A stretch of 64,000 bases of DNA from Christensenellaceae bacterium (lineage in GTDB: Bacteria; Bacillota; Clostridia; Christensenellales; Borkfalkiaceae), in contig JAZSMT010000034.1 of NCBI GenBank assembly GCA_045536025.1, positions 2,085-66,084 on the forward strand, given 5' to 3'. Shown here one piece after another: positions 17,441 through 26,721 of the stretch. The first letter of the stretch is position 1. Each line of letters starts with the position of its first letter. The notes under the pieces were generated by a model that ran no database searches, was not told the DNA's origin, and was given only the letters and a program-made list of their open reading frames with translations. The position numbers were made by a program, and so were the translations under genes.

Positions 17441-17597
17441 CTTCTTTACCTCCGTTATTATTTTTACCTAATGAAAATCCGCTTTTTGCCGAGCATGGCA
17501 AAAAGCGGACGTAAAAAATATCTGCTTATTTATCCACAACCTCGGCAGGTGTAACGTAAACGTTACTTAAAAACCGGCTTTCTTCGGCTATTGATTG
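17441..17597 (-). promoter_or_regulatory. rplJ (L10) leader with terminator hairpin at 17474-17509
   Basis: Position between the promoter and rplJ. Minus-sense 13-bp hairpin UCCGCUUUUUGCC/GGCAAAAAGCGGA followed by UUUUC. Consistent with the attenuation-type L10 leader of Firmicutes. Confidence 0.6.
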
Positions 17598-17604
17598 TAC
17601 GGTA

Positions 17605-17633
17605 ATTTTAGCATACCGCACCTTATTTGTCAA
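17605..17633 (-). promoter_or_regulatory. sigma-A type promoter of rplJL
   Basis: Minus-sense TTGACA, 17 nt, TAAAAT. Confidence 0.65.
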
Positions 17634-17719
17634 ACGATTTTTACTAAAACCGAATAAAAACTTATTATCCTTATATAACGCACACGCGTATACAAGTTGT
17701 TAAACTTCTTAAAAGCTCA

Positions 17720-17847
17720 TTTTAGGCGTTAGTTTGGGTATTAGACGAGGCTCACGCAAGACGATAAGCAGAGATAGACCTTTTTGGTCATCGAGGTTTA
17801 TCGGCTAAGTAGAAACGAAGTATAATGCCCGAAATAACAACTTAAAA
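17720..17847 (+). repeat. Structured interspersed element, copy C (between rplA stop and rplJ promoter)
   Basis: 17730-17836 is identical to 16406-16512; the flanks differ. Confidence 0.85.
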
Positions 17848-17849
17848 AA

Positions 17850-18536
17850 TTAGTTTTTAACTTGTACTTTAACGCCAGGTCCCATAGTGCTTGCTAATGA
17901 AATACCTTTAATGTATTGACCTTTTGCAGCAGCGGGTTTAGCTTTAACGATAGCATCAAGTAATGCGTTGTAGTTTTCGATAAGCTTTTCTTTACCAAAG
18001 CTCTTTTTACCGATAGAACAGTGAATAACAGCCGTTTTATCAAGTCTATATTCTACTTTACCTGCTTTAACGTCTTTGATTGCCTTTTCAACGTCCATAG
18101 TAACGGTGCCTGACTTGGGGTTAGGCATTAAACCCTTAGGACCTAAGAGTTTACCGATTCTACCTACCATACCCATCATATCAGGGGTGGTAATCATAAC
18201 GTCGAAATCAAACCAGTTTTGCTGTTGAATTTTAGCAATCATATCTTCAGCACCAACGTAGTCAGCGCCTGCTTTTTCAGCGAGGTCAGCCTTGTCACCC
18301 TTAGCGATAACTAAAACCCTTGAAGTTTTACCAGTACCGTTAGGAAGAACGATAACGCCTCTAACTTGTTGGTCAGCTTGCTTGGGGTCAACGCCGAGCT
18401 TGGTGTGAAATTCGATAGTTTCATCGAATTTTGCTTTTGCAGTGTTAAGTACGATATCCATAGCCTCAGCTACGTCGTACTGTTTAGTTGTATCAAACGC
18501 CTTAATGCTGTCAGCGTATTTCTTTCCAAATTTCAT
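17850..18536 (-). CDS. rplA: 50S ribosomal protein L1
   Basis: 228 aa; L1-like, containing [11 protein letters not shown]. Confidence 0.95.
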   Translation of the reverse strand: MKFGKKYADSIKAFDTTKQYDVAEAMDIVLNTAKAKFDETIEFHTKLGVDPKQADQQVRGVIVLPNGTGKTSRVLVIAKGDKADLAEKAGADYVGAEDMIAKIQQQNWFDFDVMITTPDMMGMVGRIGKLLGPKGLMPNPKSGTVTMDVEKAIKDVKAGKVEYRLDKTAVIHCSIGKKSFGKEKLIENYNALLDAIVKAKPAAAKGQYIKGISLASTMGPGVKVQVKN

Positions 18537-18592
18537 TATTAAAACCTCCTCGTGGTACGTGCGAGATTAAAAATCTCTCCCACTCTCCTTTA

Positions 18593-19018
18593 TTAGTCTT
18601 CGACGGTAACGCCCATACTTCTTGCAGTACCTGCAATCATGCTCATGCAAGCTTCAAGAGTGTTTGCGTTAGTATCTACCATCTTGATTTTAGCGATTTC
18701 CTCAACTTGAGCCTTGGTAATTTTAGCAACCTTGTTCTTGTTGGGTGCAGCGCTCGCAGTTTCTATACCGCACGCTTTTTTAATAAGTTCTGGTGCGGGT
18801 GGGGTTTTAAGAATAAACGTGAACGAACGATCTTGATAAATAGTAATAACCACGGGGATTACGTAACCGAGTTTATCTTGCGTTTTAGCATTAAACTCTT
18901 TAGTAAAACCGGGAAGGTTAATACCGTAAGGTCCAAGCGTTGAACCAACGGGTGGGCCCGGGGTTGCCTTGCCTGCCTGTAACTGTAACTTAACTACAGC
19001 GGTAACTTTTTTTGCCAT
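18593..19018 (-). CDS. rplK: 50S ribosomal protein L11
   Basis: Start moved to [25 protein letters not shown] (141 aa). Confidence 0.94.
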   Translation of the reverse strand: MAKKVTAVVKLQLQAGKATPGPPVGSTLGPYGINLPGFTKEFNAKTQDKLGYVIPVVITIYQDRSFTFILKTPPAPELIKKACGIETASAAPNKNKVAKITKAQVEEIAKIKMVDTNANTLEACMSMIAGTARSMGVTVED

Positions 19019-19102
19019 AATAAATTCCTCCAATGGTGGTACTTGCAAAGCGCCATACAAATTTAACGCTTCTCCCACATATTCTAAAAGGCAATTTGCC
19101 TA

Positions 19103-19627
19103 TTAGTTCACTTTTTTAAGCTGAACGTAGTCAACCTCAACCTCAGTTTCGGTATCGAACATAGCAACTTTAACTTTTGCTTTTTGAGCAGTGTCGTTCA
19201 AATCAAGCACTACGCCAACGAAACCGTCAAGCGGGCCGGATACGATTTGAACGCTATCGCCCTTAACGAAATCAACCTCTTCAACCCAAGTATCAAGGCG
19301 CATGCGCTTAACCTCTTCGTCAGTAAGCGGAACGGCTTTACCTTGCGGACCTACGAAACCCGTAACGCCACGCGTGTTGGTAATGAGATACCAAAGTTCG
19401 TTAGAGTAAACGAGCTTGATGAAAACGTAACAAGGTAAAATTTTGCGAAGAACTACCTTCTTTTTACCGTTTGCCTTTTCTTCAATGGTTTGCTCCATAG
19501 GGATTTTAATTTCGAGTATTTGCTCTTGAAGGTTGCTGTTTTCAATAAGCTTTTCAAGAGTGTTTTTTACCATTGCCTCATAACCCGTATTAGTATGGAT
19601 TACGTACCATTTTGCAACTTCTGCCAT
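19103..19627 (-). CDS. nusG: Transcription termination/antitermination factor NusG
   Basis: Start moved to ATG 19625-19627 (AAGGAG 6 nt upstream). WYVIHT N-terminus and a C-terminal KOW domain. Confidence 0.9.
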   Translation of the reverse strand: MAEVAKWYVIHTNTGYEAMVKNTLEKLIENSNLQEQILEIKIPMEQTIEEKANGKKKVVLRKILPCYVFIKLVYSNELWYLITNTRGVTGFVGPQGKAVPLTDEEVKRMRLDTWVEEVDFVKGDSVQIVSGPLDGFVGVVLDLNDTAQKAKVKVAMFDTETEVEVDYVQLKKVN

Positions 19628-19637
19628 AGCGCGCTCC

Positions 19638-19898
19638 TTAACCACCGATGTTAGTCAACAACTGTAACAATGCACCAAGACCTAAATCCATAAGCGTGAT
19701 TACAATCATAAACATCAAAACTACGCCTAATACGATAGCAGTTTGTTTAACGATTTTATCAAAGCTCGGCCAAGACACCTTTTTAAGCTCGGAGAAAACC
19801 TCTTTAAGCTTTTTGAACATACGCTTAAAGAAATTATCTTTCTTGTTTTTTTGTTGAACCTTTTTATCTTCAACTTTTACAACTTTCTTTTCTTTCAT
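19638..19898 (-). CDS. secE: Preprotein translocase subunit SecE
   Basis: 86 aa; Lys-rich N-terminus; contains ELKKVSWPS and a single TM helix; position before nusG. Confidence 0.85.
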   Translation of the reverse strand: MKEKKVVKVEDKKVQQKNKKDNFFKRMFKKLKEVFSELKKVSWPSFDKIVKQTAIVLGVVLMFMIVITLMDLGLGALLQLLTNIGG

Positions 19899-19927
19899 TT
19901 TACACCTTTAAGCACAAACTCAATAAA

Positions 19928-20089
19928 TTATTTAGTTTCCTTATGAGTAGTGTGCTTCTTGCAGAACGGGCAATATTTGCTAAGTTCAATTCTGTCGGGC
20001 GTGTTCTTTTTGTTCTTATAAACGTCGTAGTTTCTTTGTTTGCACTCGGTGCAAGCAAGAGTTATTCTAACTGCATTACCTTTTGCCAT
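19928..20089 (-). CDS. rpmG: 50S ribosomal protein L33 (zinc form)
   Basis: Not in ORF track (53 aa). [53 protein letters not shown]. Confidence 0.9.
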   Translation of the reverse strand: MAKGNAVRITLACTECKQRNYDVYKNKKNTPDRIELSKYCPFCKKHTTHKETK

Positions 20090-20141
20090 TTTATAATTCC
20101 ATCCTAAAAAATTAACACCCCAATTTTCGGAGTGCTACATT

Positions 20142-20170
20142 ATTTTACACTACTAAAAAAATCTTGTCAA
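20142..20170 (-). promoter_or_regulatory. sigma-A type promoter of rpmG-secE-nusG-rplKA
   Basis: Minus-sense TTGACA, 17 nt, TAAAAT. Confidence 0.65.
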
Positions 20171-20259
20171 CGGTTTTTCAGCTATTTTCTTAATTTTTTT
20201 ATATATTTATATATAATAGCTATTTTCGACGGCTTTTGGGGCATATTAAATCAAAATTA

Positions 20260-20288
20260 TTGTAAAATTTTCAAAAAAGTGGTAGAAT
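20260..20288 (+). promoter_or_regulatory. Promoter of trkAH
   Basis: TTGTAA, 17 nt (ending in TGG, an extended -10), TAGAAT. Confidence 0.5.
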
Positions 20289-20332
20289 AAACTTGTTACT
20301 TTATAATTTTTAGGGGGTTTTTACTTAAAAAT

Positions 20333-21691
20333 ATGAAAGTTATAGTATCAGGCTGTGGAAAAATCGGCACGGCTATCGTTGAAAGCTTACTTAAGGAAAA
20401 GCACGATATCACCGTTATCGACGTAGACAGGTCGGTTATTGAATTTATAACCAACCGTTACGACGTTTTGGGATATCTAGGTAACGGTGCAAGTTACGAC
20501 GTTTTGCGTGAAGCAGGCGCGGACAAGTGCGACCTTTTTATCTCGGTTACGGCGTCTGACGAGTTTAATATGCTATCTTGTTTCGTAGCTAAAAAAGCAG
20601 GCACTAAATATACCGTTGCAAGAATAAGAAATTCCGAATATAACAATAAGAGTTTTGAATTCGTTAAAAACGAACTTGGATTAAACGTAATTATCAATCC
20701 CGAGCTTTTGACTGCTCAAACGATTTTTAACGTTTTAGAACTTCCCTCCGCCACTAGCATCGAGGCGTTTTCTTCAAGCGAGACGGAAATGGTTGAAATT
20801 ACCCTCAAAGAAACCTCTAACGCTTTGGGCACGCCACTTTACGAACTTAGAAAAAAATACAACTATAATTTTCTAGTTTGCTTAGTTCAGCGTGGCGAAG
20901 AGGTTTATATCCCCAACGGCTCGTTTGTTTTACAAGCTGGAGATAGACTTGGTGTTTTTGCTTCCAAGTTGGATATAAGCAAACTTTTTAAAGCTTTCGG
21001 GTTGGAGCACAAGCCCATAAAGTCGGTTATGATAGTAGGTGCAAGTAAAACGGCGCATTATCTTTCAAAACTTTTAGTGGACGCTAAAACGTCGGTAAAG
21101 CTCATTGAGATTAATAAAGATAAGTGTGAAGAGTTTGCAAAAAACATCGAACAAATAAGCGTAATAAACGGTGACGGCATGTCGCAAGACCTTCTTTTAG
21201 AAGAGGGAATAGGAGAGGTAGACGCTTTCGTTGCACTTACGGGAAAGGACGAGCAAAACGTTTTAATGTCCGTTTACTCTCAAAGCAAAGGCGTTAAAAA
21301 AACGCTTACGAAAATCAATCGCGACGAAATCGTCCATTTATCTAAGAGTTTGGGGATTGAAACGGTTATCACCTCTAAAAACTTAGTTGCTAACGTAATA
21401 GTTAGTTACGCGCGCGCACTTGAAAATTCTAAAGGAAGTCAAATAGAAACTCTTTATAGTTTGTTATCAGGCAAAGCCGAAGCTGCGGAGTTTAAAGTTT
21501 TATCCGATTTCAAACGCACTGGCATTCCCATAAAAGACCTAAAAATCAGTCAAAACGTTTTAATTGCAGGAATTATCCGCAACCGCGACATTATTATTCC
21601 CTGCGGTGAAGACGTAATTTTGGAAGGAGATAGGGTTATCGTTATAACGGCAGGTCGCTCGCTAGTAGGTCTTAGCGACGTAATAAGTTGA
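20333..21691 (+). CDS. trkA: Trk/Ktr potassium uptake protein, NAD-binding subunit (two RCK units)
   Basis: 452 aa; SGCGKIGTAI and VGASKTAHYL Rossmann starts. Confidence 0.85.
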   Translation: MKVIVSGCGKIGTAIVESLLKEKHDITVIDVDRSVIEFITNRYDVLGYLGNGASYDVLREAGADKCDLFISVTASDEFNMLSCFVAKKAGTKYTVARIRNSEYNNKSFEFVKNELGLNVIINPELLTAQTIFNVLELPSATSIEAFSSSETEMVEITLKETSNALGTPLYELRKKYNYNFLVCLVQRGEEVYIPNGSFVLQAGDRLGVFASKLDISKLFKAFGLEHKPIKSVMIVGASKTAHYLSKLLVDAKTSVKLIEINKDKCEEFAKNIEQISVINGDGMSQDLLLEEGIGEVDAFVALTGKDEQNVLMSVYSQSKGVKKTLTKINRDEIVHLSKSLGIETVITSKNLVANVIVSYARALENSKGSQIETLYSLLSGKAEAAEFKVLSDFKRTGIPIKDLKISQNVLIAGIIRNRDIIIPCGEDVILEGDRVIVITAGRSLVGLSDVIS

Positions 21692-21692
21692 T

Positions 21693-23138
21693 ATGAATAA
21701 AAGACTTATTTTCAGCACGGTATTAAAGGTTATAAAGGTGGAGGCAATATTAATGTTACTTCCCCTCGTTACTTCACTAATTTACGGTGAAAAAACGGCG
21801 TTTTATTCCTTTTTAATAACCTTGGTATCGGCGTATTTATTATCGTTTATATTAGAAAGGTTAATAAAACCTAGTTCGCAGGAATTTTATTCTAAAGACG
21901 GGTTTATAACCGTTGCGCTTACCTGGATTTTCGTGTCTTTGATAGGGTGCTTGCCCTTTTATATAAGTCGGGAAATCCCCTCGTTTATCGACGCTTTTTT
22001 TGAAACGGTTAGCGGTTTTACAACCACGGGTGCATCAATTCTTAAAGACGTTGAAGTTTTGAGCCACGGTATGCTTTTTTGGCGTAGCTTTACCCACTTT
22101 ATAGGCGGTATGGGCGTTTTGGTTTTCATTATGGCAATAACGTCTAAAACCACCGACCGCCCCATACACATTTTAAGGGCAGAAATGCCAGGGCCGATAG
22201 TTAGCAAGCTCGTTCCACGCTCTAAAGACACGGCTAAAATATTATACCTTATCTACGTTATAATGACGGTAGTTTGCGTAATATTTCTACTATTTGGCGG
22301 TATGCCGTTGTTTGAAAGTATCGTTCACGCACTTGGAACGGCAGGCACGGGCGGTTTTGGAGTTAAGAACGACAGTATTGCAGGATATAGCCCTTATATT
22401 CAATGGGTGCTTGCCATATTTATGCTACTTTTCGGCGTTAATTTTAACCTATATTATTTACTACTTTTGAAAAAAGTGGGCGCAGTACTTAAAAGCACCG
22501 AACTCAAAACTTATTTTATTATAGTTTTGATAGCGGTTGTTACTATAACTATTAATATATATTCGCTTTACGGCAACCTTTTCGGCGCACTTACCGCGTC
22601 GGTATTCCAAACGTCGTCAATAATTACTACTACGGGCTACTCTACCGCCGATTTTAACACTTGGCCAACACTATCTAAAATCGTTTTATTCACGCTTATG
22701 TTTATAGGCGGTTGTTCAGGCTCGACGGCAGGTGGTATCAAGGTTTCTAGAATAGTAATTTTATTCAAGAAAATCCGCCTCACTCTTAGAAAGCTTCTTC
22801 ACCCGAACGCCGTTTCAGTAGTTAAATTCGAGGGTGAAAAGATAGAAAAAAACCTTTCGGCGGAAATCGGCAATTATATATCCCTTTACTTTATTTGTTT
22901 CGTCGTAATAGCGCTGTTTATATCTCTTAATAACTTTGATTTCGAAACGACGATAAGCGCGGTTGCCACTTGTTTTAACAACGTAGGCCCAGCTTTCGGG
23001 CTCGTAGGACCTATGTCAAACTATGCAGATTTTAGCGGTTTTTCTAAGTTTGTTTTGTCTATTGCAATGCTTATGGGCAGACTTGAAATTTATCCCTTAC
23101 TGCTTGCGTTTATCCCGTCAACTTGGATTAAAAAATAA
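21693..23138 (+). CDS. trkH: Trk/Ktr potassium uptake membrane subunit
   Basis: 481 aa, polytopic, with repeated TTTG/GTGG selectivity-filter-like motifs. Confidence 0.85.
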   Translation: MNKRLIFSTVLKVIKVEAILMLLPLVTSLIYGEKTAFYSFLITLVSAYLLSFILERLIKPSSQEFYSKDGFITVALTWIFVSLIGCLPFYISREIPSFIDAFFETVSGFTTTGASILKDVEVLSHGMLFWRSFTHFIGGMGVLVFIMAITSKTTDRPIHILRAEMPGPIVSKLVPRSKDTAKILYLIYVIMTVVCVIFLLFGGMPLFESIVHALGTAGTGGFGVKNDSIAGYSPYIQWVLAIFMLLFGVNFNLYYLLLLKKVGAVLKSTELKTYFIIVLIAVVTITINIYSLYGNLFGALTASVFQTSSIITTTGYSTADFNTWPTLSKIVLFTLMFIGGCSGSTAGGIKVSRIVILFKKIRLTLRKLLHPNAVSVVKFEGEKIEKNLSAEIGNYISLYFICFVVIALFISLNNFDFETTISAVATCFNNVGPAFGLVGPMSNYADFSGFSKFVLSIAMLMGRLEIYPLLLAFIPSTWIKK

Positions 23139-23140
23139 CA

Positions 23141-23167
23141 AAAAGTGCACTGAAAAGTGCACTTTTT
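23141..23167 (+). terminator. Intrinsic terminator after trkH
   Basis: AAAAGTGCAC-TGAAAA-GTGCACTTTTT. Confidence 0.75.
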
Positions 23168-23267
23168 ATATTGTTACGATTAACGTTGAGCCCTCGCCCT
23201 TTTTACTATACTAAGCCCAAACCCTAATCCGTTTCTAGAGGTGGGGCTTTTTACTTGATAAAACTTA

Positions 23268-23378
23268 TCAAATTTTCTTAACGTTTTCTTCTGAAATACC
23301 TATACCCTCGGCTTTGAGTTTGATATCCATAAGTTTTCTTAAATTTTTATCGTCCTCTACGATTAATACGGTAAACAT
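23268..23378 (-). pseudogene. Remnant of a response-regulator receiver domain (36 codons)
   Basis: Minus-sense MFTVLIVEDDKNLRKLMDIKLKAEGIGISEENVKKI, preceded by GGAGGG. Only the first ~20 residues resemble a receiver domain. No kinase or output domain nearby. Confidence 0.45.
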
Positions 23379-23548
23379 ACTGCCCTCCGTTAATCATTTT
23401 AACATAAAAATACTAAACCTCATTTTTTTGTCGGTAATTTTTCAAAAATCACTTTAAATTATTAAAATATCTTGTTATTTCTTTTTGTTTACATACCGAT
23501 ATTTTTATGTTAAAATATATTAACTAACTTAAATTTTTGGAGAAATTT

Positions 23549-24313
23549 ATGTATCCTCACGAATTATTTTTAGGAATACACCTTTACGGCGTTATGATAT
23601 CCGTTGGTATTCTCGCCTGCTTTTTGGTGCTTTACTATATGGGTAAGAAAAAGGGTGTAAACCCTAACTTTTTAGACTTTGTGTTTTATAACGCGGTAGT
23701 TGCAATCGCTTTCGGCTTTTTAGCCGCCGCACTTTTTCAAGCTACTTATAACTATATTCAAAACCCCGAAGAGGGCTTTAACCTCGGTAGCGGTATAACG
23801 TTTATAGGCGGTTTAATAGGCGGTGTTGTAAGTTTCTTAGCAATTTACTTTATCTTTAGAAAAAAACTTTCAGGAAAACTTACGGATATTATTGCAATTG
23901 CACCAAGCTGTATTACGGTAGCTCACGCCTTCGGGCGCGTAGGCTGTGCGTTTGCAGGCTGTTGCTACGGTAAGGTAACCGATAGCCCTATCGCTATGTA
24001 TAACCACGGCGCTTGGCGTATTCCCGTTCAACTTTACGAGGCAGGCTTTTTGTTTATACTCTTTTTCGTGTTTACCTATCTCGTTTTGAGAAAAGACTTT
24101 AAATACACCTTGCCGTTGTATCTTTTCTTCTATGGAATATTTAGGTTTATTATCGAGTATTTTAGAGACGACGCAAGAGGTTCAATTGGAACTAGCGTAA
24201 TATCTCCGTCTCAACTTTGGTCGATAGTAATGGTAGTTGCAAGCGTTTTGGTTTTCTTGTTATTAAAATACGTTTTTGAGGGCAAAAAGGAGCCTATAAG
24301 TCGAAATGAATAA
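23549..24313 (+). CDS. lgt: Prolipoprotein diacylglyceryl transferase
   Basis: Start moved to the ATG at 23549 (GGAG upstream). Polytopic; contains HAFGRVGCAFAGCCYG and the FRFIIEYFRDD motif. Confidence 0.85.
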   Translation: MYPHELFLGIHLYGVMISVGILACFLVLYYMGKKKGVNPNFLDFVFYNAVVAIAFGFLAAALFQATYNYIQNPEEGFNLGSGITFIGGLIGGVVSFLAIYFIFRKKLSGKLTDIIAIAPSCITVAHAFGRVGCAFAGCCYGKVTDSPIAMYNHGAWRIPVQLYEAGFLFILFFVFTYLVLRKDFKYTLPLYLFFYGIFRFIIEYFRDDARGSIGTSVISPSQLWSIVMVVASVLVFLLLKYVFEGKKEPISRNE

Positions 24314-24896
24314 GTTTAAGACGATATTAAAACTATTTATAACGATGTTTAAAGTGGGGCTTTTCACCTTTGGCGGCGGATATGCAATGATAGCCGTTTT
24401 AGAACACGAATTCATTGAAAAGAACGGCTGGATTAAAAGGGAGGAGTTTTACGATATGCTTGCCGTTGCCGAGTCAACCCCAGGCCCTATCGCAATAAAC
24501 TCGGCAACGTTTATAGGCTACCGCTTAGCAGGGGTTTTAGGCTCGGTGTTTGCAACTATTGCAATGTGCTTACCCTCGCTTATAATCATCTATATAATAT
24601 CTTTGTTTTTTGATGCGTTTTTATCAATAACGCTAGTTGCTTACGCCTTTAAAGGTATTCAAGCGTGCGTGTGCTACTTAATACTTTCAGCTGGTATAAA
24701 AATGATTAAAAAACTTAAAAAGACGGCGCTTACCTTAACGCTTACCACCTTTACATTTATTGCGTATATTACGCTTACGTTGTTTGCGGTAAAATTCTCG
24801 TCAATTTTCTATATTTTGATAGGCGCGGGCATTTCGCTAACGGTATACCTTATAATCGTAGTTTCTAAAAAGCAAAAAGGGGGAGATAAGCAATGA
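24306..24896 (+). CDS. Chromate transporter family protein (half-size, first)
   Basis: FTFGGGYAMIAVLEHE...AESTPGPIAIN; CHR family signature. Confidence 0.8.
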   Translation: MNKFKTILKLFITMFKVGLFTFGGGYAMIAVLEHEFIEKNGWIKREEFYDMLAVAESTPGPIAINSATFIGYRLAGVLGSVFATIAMCLPSLIIIYIISLFFDAFLSITLVAYAFKGIQACVCYLILSAGIKMIKKLKKTALTLTLTTFTFIAYITLTLFAVKFSSIFYILIGAGISLTVYLIIVVSKKQKGGDKQ

Positions 24897-25465
24897 TTTT
24901 TCTCGACCTTTTTCTAACCTTTTTAAAAATAGGCGCGGTATCGTTCGGCGGTGGCTACGGTATGATTTCACTTATTAGTGAAGAGGTTGTTAACCACAAC
25001 TGGCTAACTGAAGGCGAGTTTATGAACTTTATTGCCGTTGCCGAATCAACACCAGGCCCTATCGCAGTTAATATGGCAACGTTAATAGGTAGCTCGCAAG
25101 CGGGGCTACTTGGTAGCTTGGTTGCAACGCTTGGCGTTGTGTTGCCGTCGTTTATTATAATTCTTTTAATCTCGGCAGTATTTTTCAACCTTTTAAAATA
25201 TGCTGGCGTAAAGTGGGCGCTTAAAGGCGTTAAAGCAGTTGTTGCAGGGCTTATAACCGCAACGGGCTTGACTATGGCTTTTTTTTGCATACTTGGCACT
25301 AAAACGATAAATACTCCTATCGCGTTTGACTATAAAGCGCTTATTATCTTTATAGCCGTTTGGCTTACTGCATTTTTATTTAGCAAATTTAAAAAGAAAA
25401 AATTATCGCCGATAATTTTAATAGTTATTTCTGCGGTAATGGGAATATTATTTTATGCTTTGTAA
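24893..25465 (+). CDS. Chromate transporter family protein (half-size, second)
   Basis: VSFGGGYGMISLISEE...AESTPGPIAVN; overlaps the stop of the first half. Confidence 0.8.
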   Translation: MIFLDLFLTFLKIGAVSFGGGYGMISLISEEVVNHNWLTEGEFMNFIAVAESTPGPIAVNMATLIGSSQAGLLGSLVATLGVVLPSFIIILLISAVFFNLLKYAGVKWALKGVKAVVAGLITATGLTMAFFCILGTKTINTPIAFDYKALIIFIAVWLTAFLFSKFKKKKLSPIILIVISAVMGILFYAL

Positions 25466-26207
25466 TTATCACACCCACACTAAAAGGTGCCACCACGCCG
25501 TTGGCGAGGATAGGGAATATATTGAAAACTCCATAAAAATCGGCATAAAGGTGCTTGGGTTTTCCGAGCATCCACCGTATATTTTTGACGACGGGTATAA
25601 TTCCTTTTATCGCATGGATTTTGACGATATTGACAATTATTGCAAGTCAGTTTTAGATTATAAAAGGGAATATAGTAGCGATATAGAAATTCATTTAGGC
25701 TTTGAGCTTGAATATTATAAAAGCATGCACGAGCGCGAAATGAGGTTTTTAAAATCTTTTAACCCCGAATATTTCATTTTAGGTCAGCATTATATCTACG
25801 AAGAAAAAAATAGCTGTTACGCTTATAATTTATCGAGTGAAACACTGTTTAAACAGTATATAAACGAGTGCATCGAGGCTATCAAAACGGGGGATTTTAT
25901 CTACCTTGCCCACCCCGACCTTCCAGGGCTTAAAGTTTCGCCCTCCGTTTATAATACGGAATATACGAGATTACTTGAAGTTGCAAAAAAGCACGATATG
26001 CCCATCGAGCTTAACTGCTACGGCATGATAAACAACCGCTGTTACCCCGATAGAAAGTTATTTGAACTCGCCGAAAAAATAGGCAATAAAGTGATTATCG
26101 GCATTGACGCGCATAATCCAACTAACGTATCTACTAAAACGTATGATAACGCCTTTAATCTAATAAAAGGCTTAAACCTTAACTTAATAGAAAAACTTGA
26201 GATATAA
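25455..26207 (+). CDS. PHP-family histidinol-phosphatase-like protein
   Basis: NYHTHTKRCHHA N-terminus typical of PHP HisK-type phosphatases; 250 aa. Confidence 0.6.
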   Translation: MLCNYHTHTKRCHHAVGEDREYIENSIKIGIKVLGFSEHPPYIFDDGYNSFYRMDFDDIDNYCKSVLDYKREYSSDIEIHLGFELEYYKSMHEREMRFLKSFNPEYFILGQHYIYEEKNSCYAYNLSSETLFKQYINECIEAIKTGDFIYLAHPDLPGLKVSPSVYNTEYTRLLEVAKKHDMPIELNCYGMINNRCYPDRKLFELAEKIGNKVIIGIDAHNPTNVSTKTYDNAFNLIKGLNLNLIEKLEI

Positions 26208-26236
26208 AAAAAGCATTTGCTCTAGCAAGTGCTTTT
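26206..26236 (+). terminator. Intrinsic terminator
   Basis: AAAGCATTTGC-TCTA-GCAAGTGCTTTTT (one G-U pair). Confidence 0.7.
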
Positions 26237-26254
26237 TAATTTCTATAAACTTAT

Positions 26255-26326
26255 ATTTAACCTTGCTAAGCAAGATTTCATCGCGTAGCGATTTCATCTA
26301 CGGCAGTAGATTTATTCCGCATTTAG
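26255..26326. repeat. 72-bp direct repeat, copy 1
   Basis: Identical to 26808-26879. Contains hairpins CTTGC/GCAAG, ATCGC/GCGAT, ATCTAC/GTAGAT and a half hairpin TCCGC. Also contains the TAA stop of the 4HB ORF. Confidence 0.95.
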
Positions 26327-26673
26327 TTTTGCATATTTTCCTTTGTTGTATTAATAGAAGAAATGAGCATTCTTCTAATTGAACCACAATCGTGTAAGAG
26401 TTTTTTTATGATATCATCAATAAAAATCTCTGACTTTTTTACAAGTTCAAGCCAATATTCTGTTTCATAACACTCTTTAAGCGCAATCTGCAATTTCGAA
26501 ACAAAATCCGCTTTGCTGTGAGCGTATTTTGCCTCTCTTATATTTGCTCCGATAGACGTTGCACTACGTTCTAATTGATTAACAAGAGAATAATGCCCCT
26601 TAATACCATCGGTCATCCTTAATATTTCGACTGCAAAGTCCATAGATAAATCTACAAGTTTGTTTTCTGCCAT
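26323..26673 (-). CDS. Four-helix-bundle protein (23S rRNA intervening-sequence protein / DGR Avd family)
   Basis: 116 aa. Motifs QLERSATSIGANIREAKYAHSKADFVSKLQIALKECYETEYWLEL are typical of this family (recalled, not searched). Confidence 0.75.
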   Translation of the reverse strand: MAENKLVDLSMDFAVEILRMTDGIKGHYSLVNQLERSATSIGANIREAKYAHSKADFVSKLQIALKECYETEYWLELVKKSEIFIDDIIKKLLHDCGSIRRMLISSINTTKENMQN

Positions 26674-26721
26674 AACAATCTCCTTTAATTATTTATAACA
26701 TAGAACCAAAGAAAAATCAAT

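Noticed and set aside
20171-20332. c-di-AMP (ydaO/kimA-type) riboswitch upstream of trkA.
   Set aside because: The best promoter leaves a leader of only about 40 nt, and no ACGGGGA/CCCG-type conserved segments are visible.
23211-23225. 15-nt match between 23211-23225 (CTAAGCCCAAACCCT) and the reverse complement of 33782-33796.
   Set aside because: The expected number of chance 15-mer matches (both orientations) in 64 kb is of order one to a few, and the flanks do not extend the match.
26323-26673. Four-helix-bundle gene as the Avd component of a diversity-generating retroelement.
   Set aside because: No reverse transcriptase gene and no template/variable repeat pair with A-specific mismatches are visible within the window. 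The only long repeat (72 bp) is perfect.
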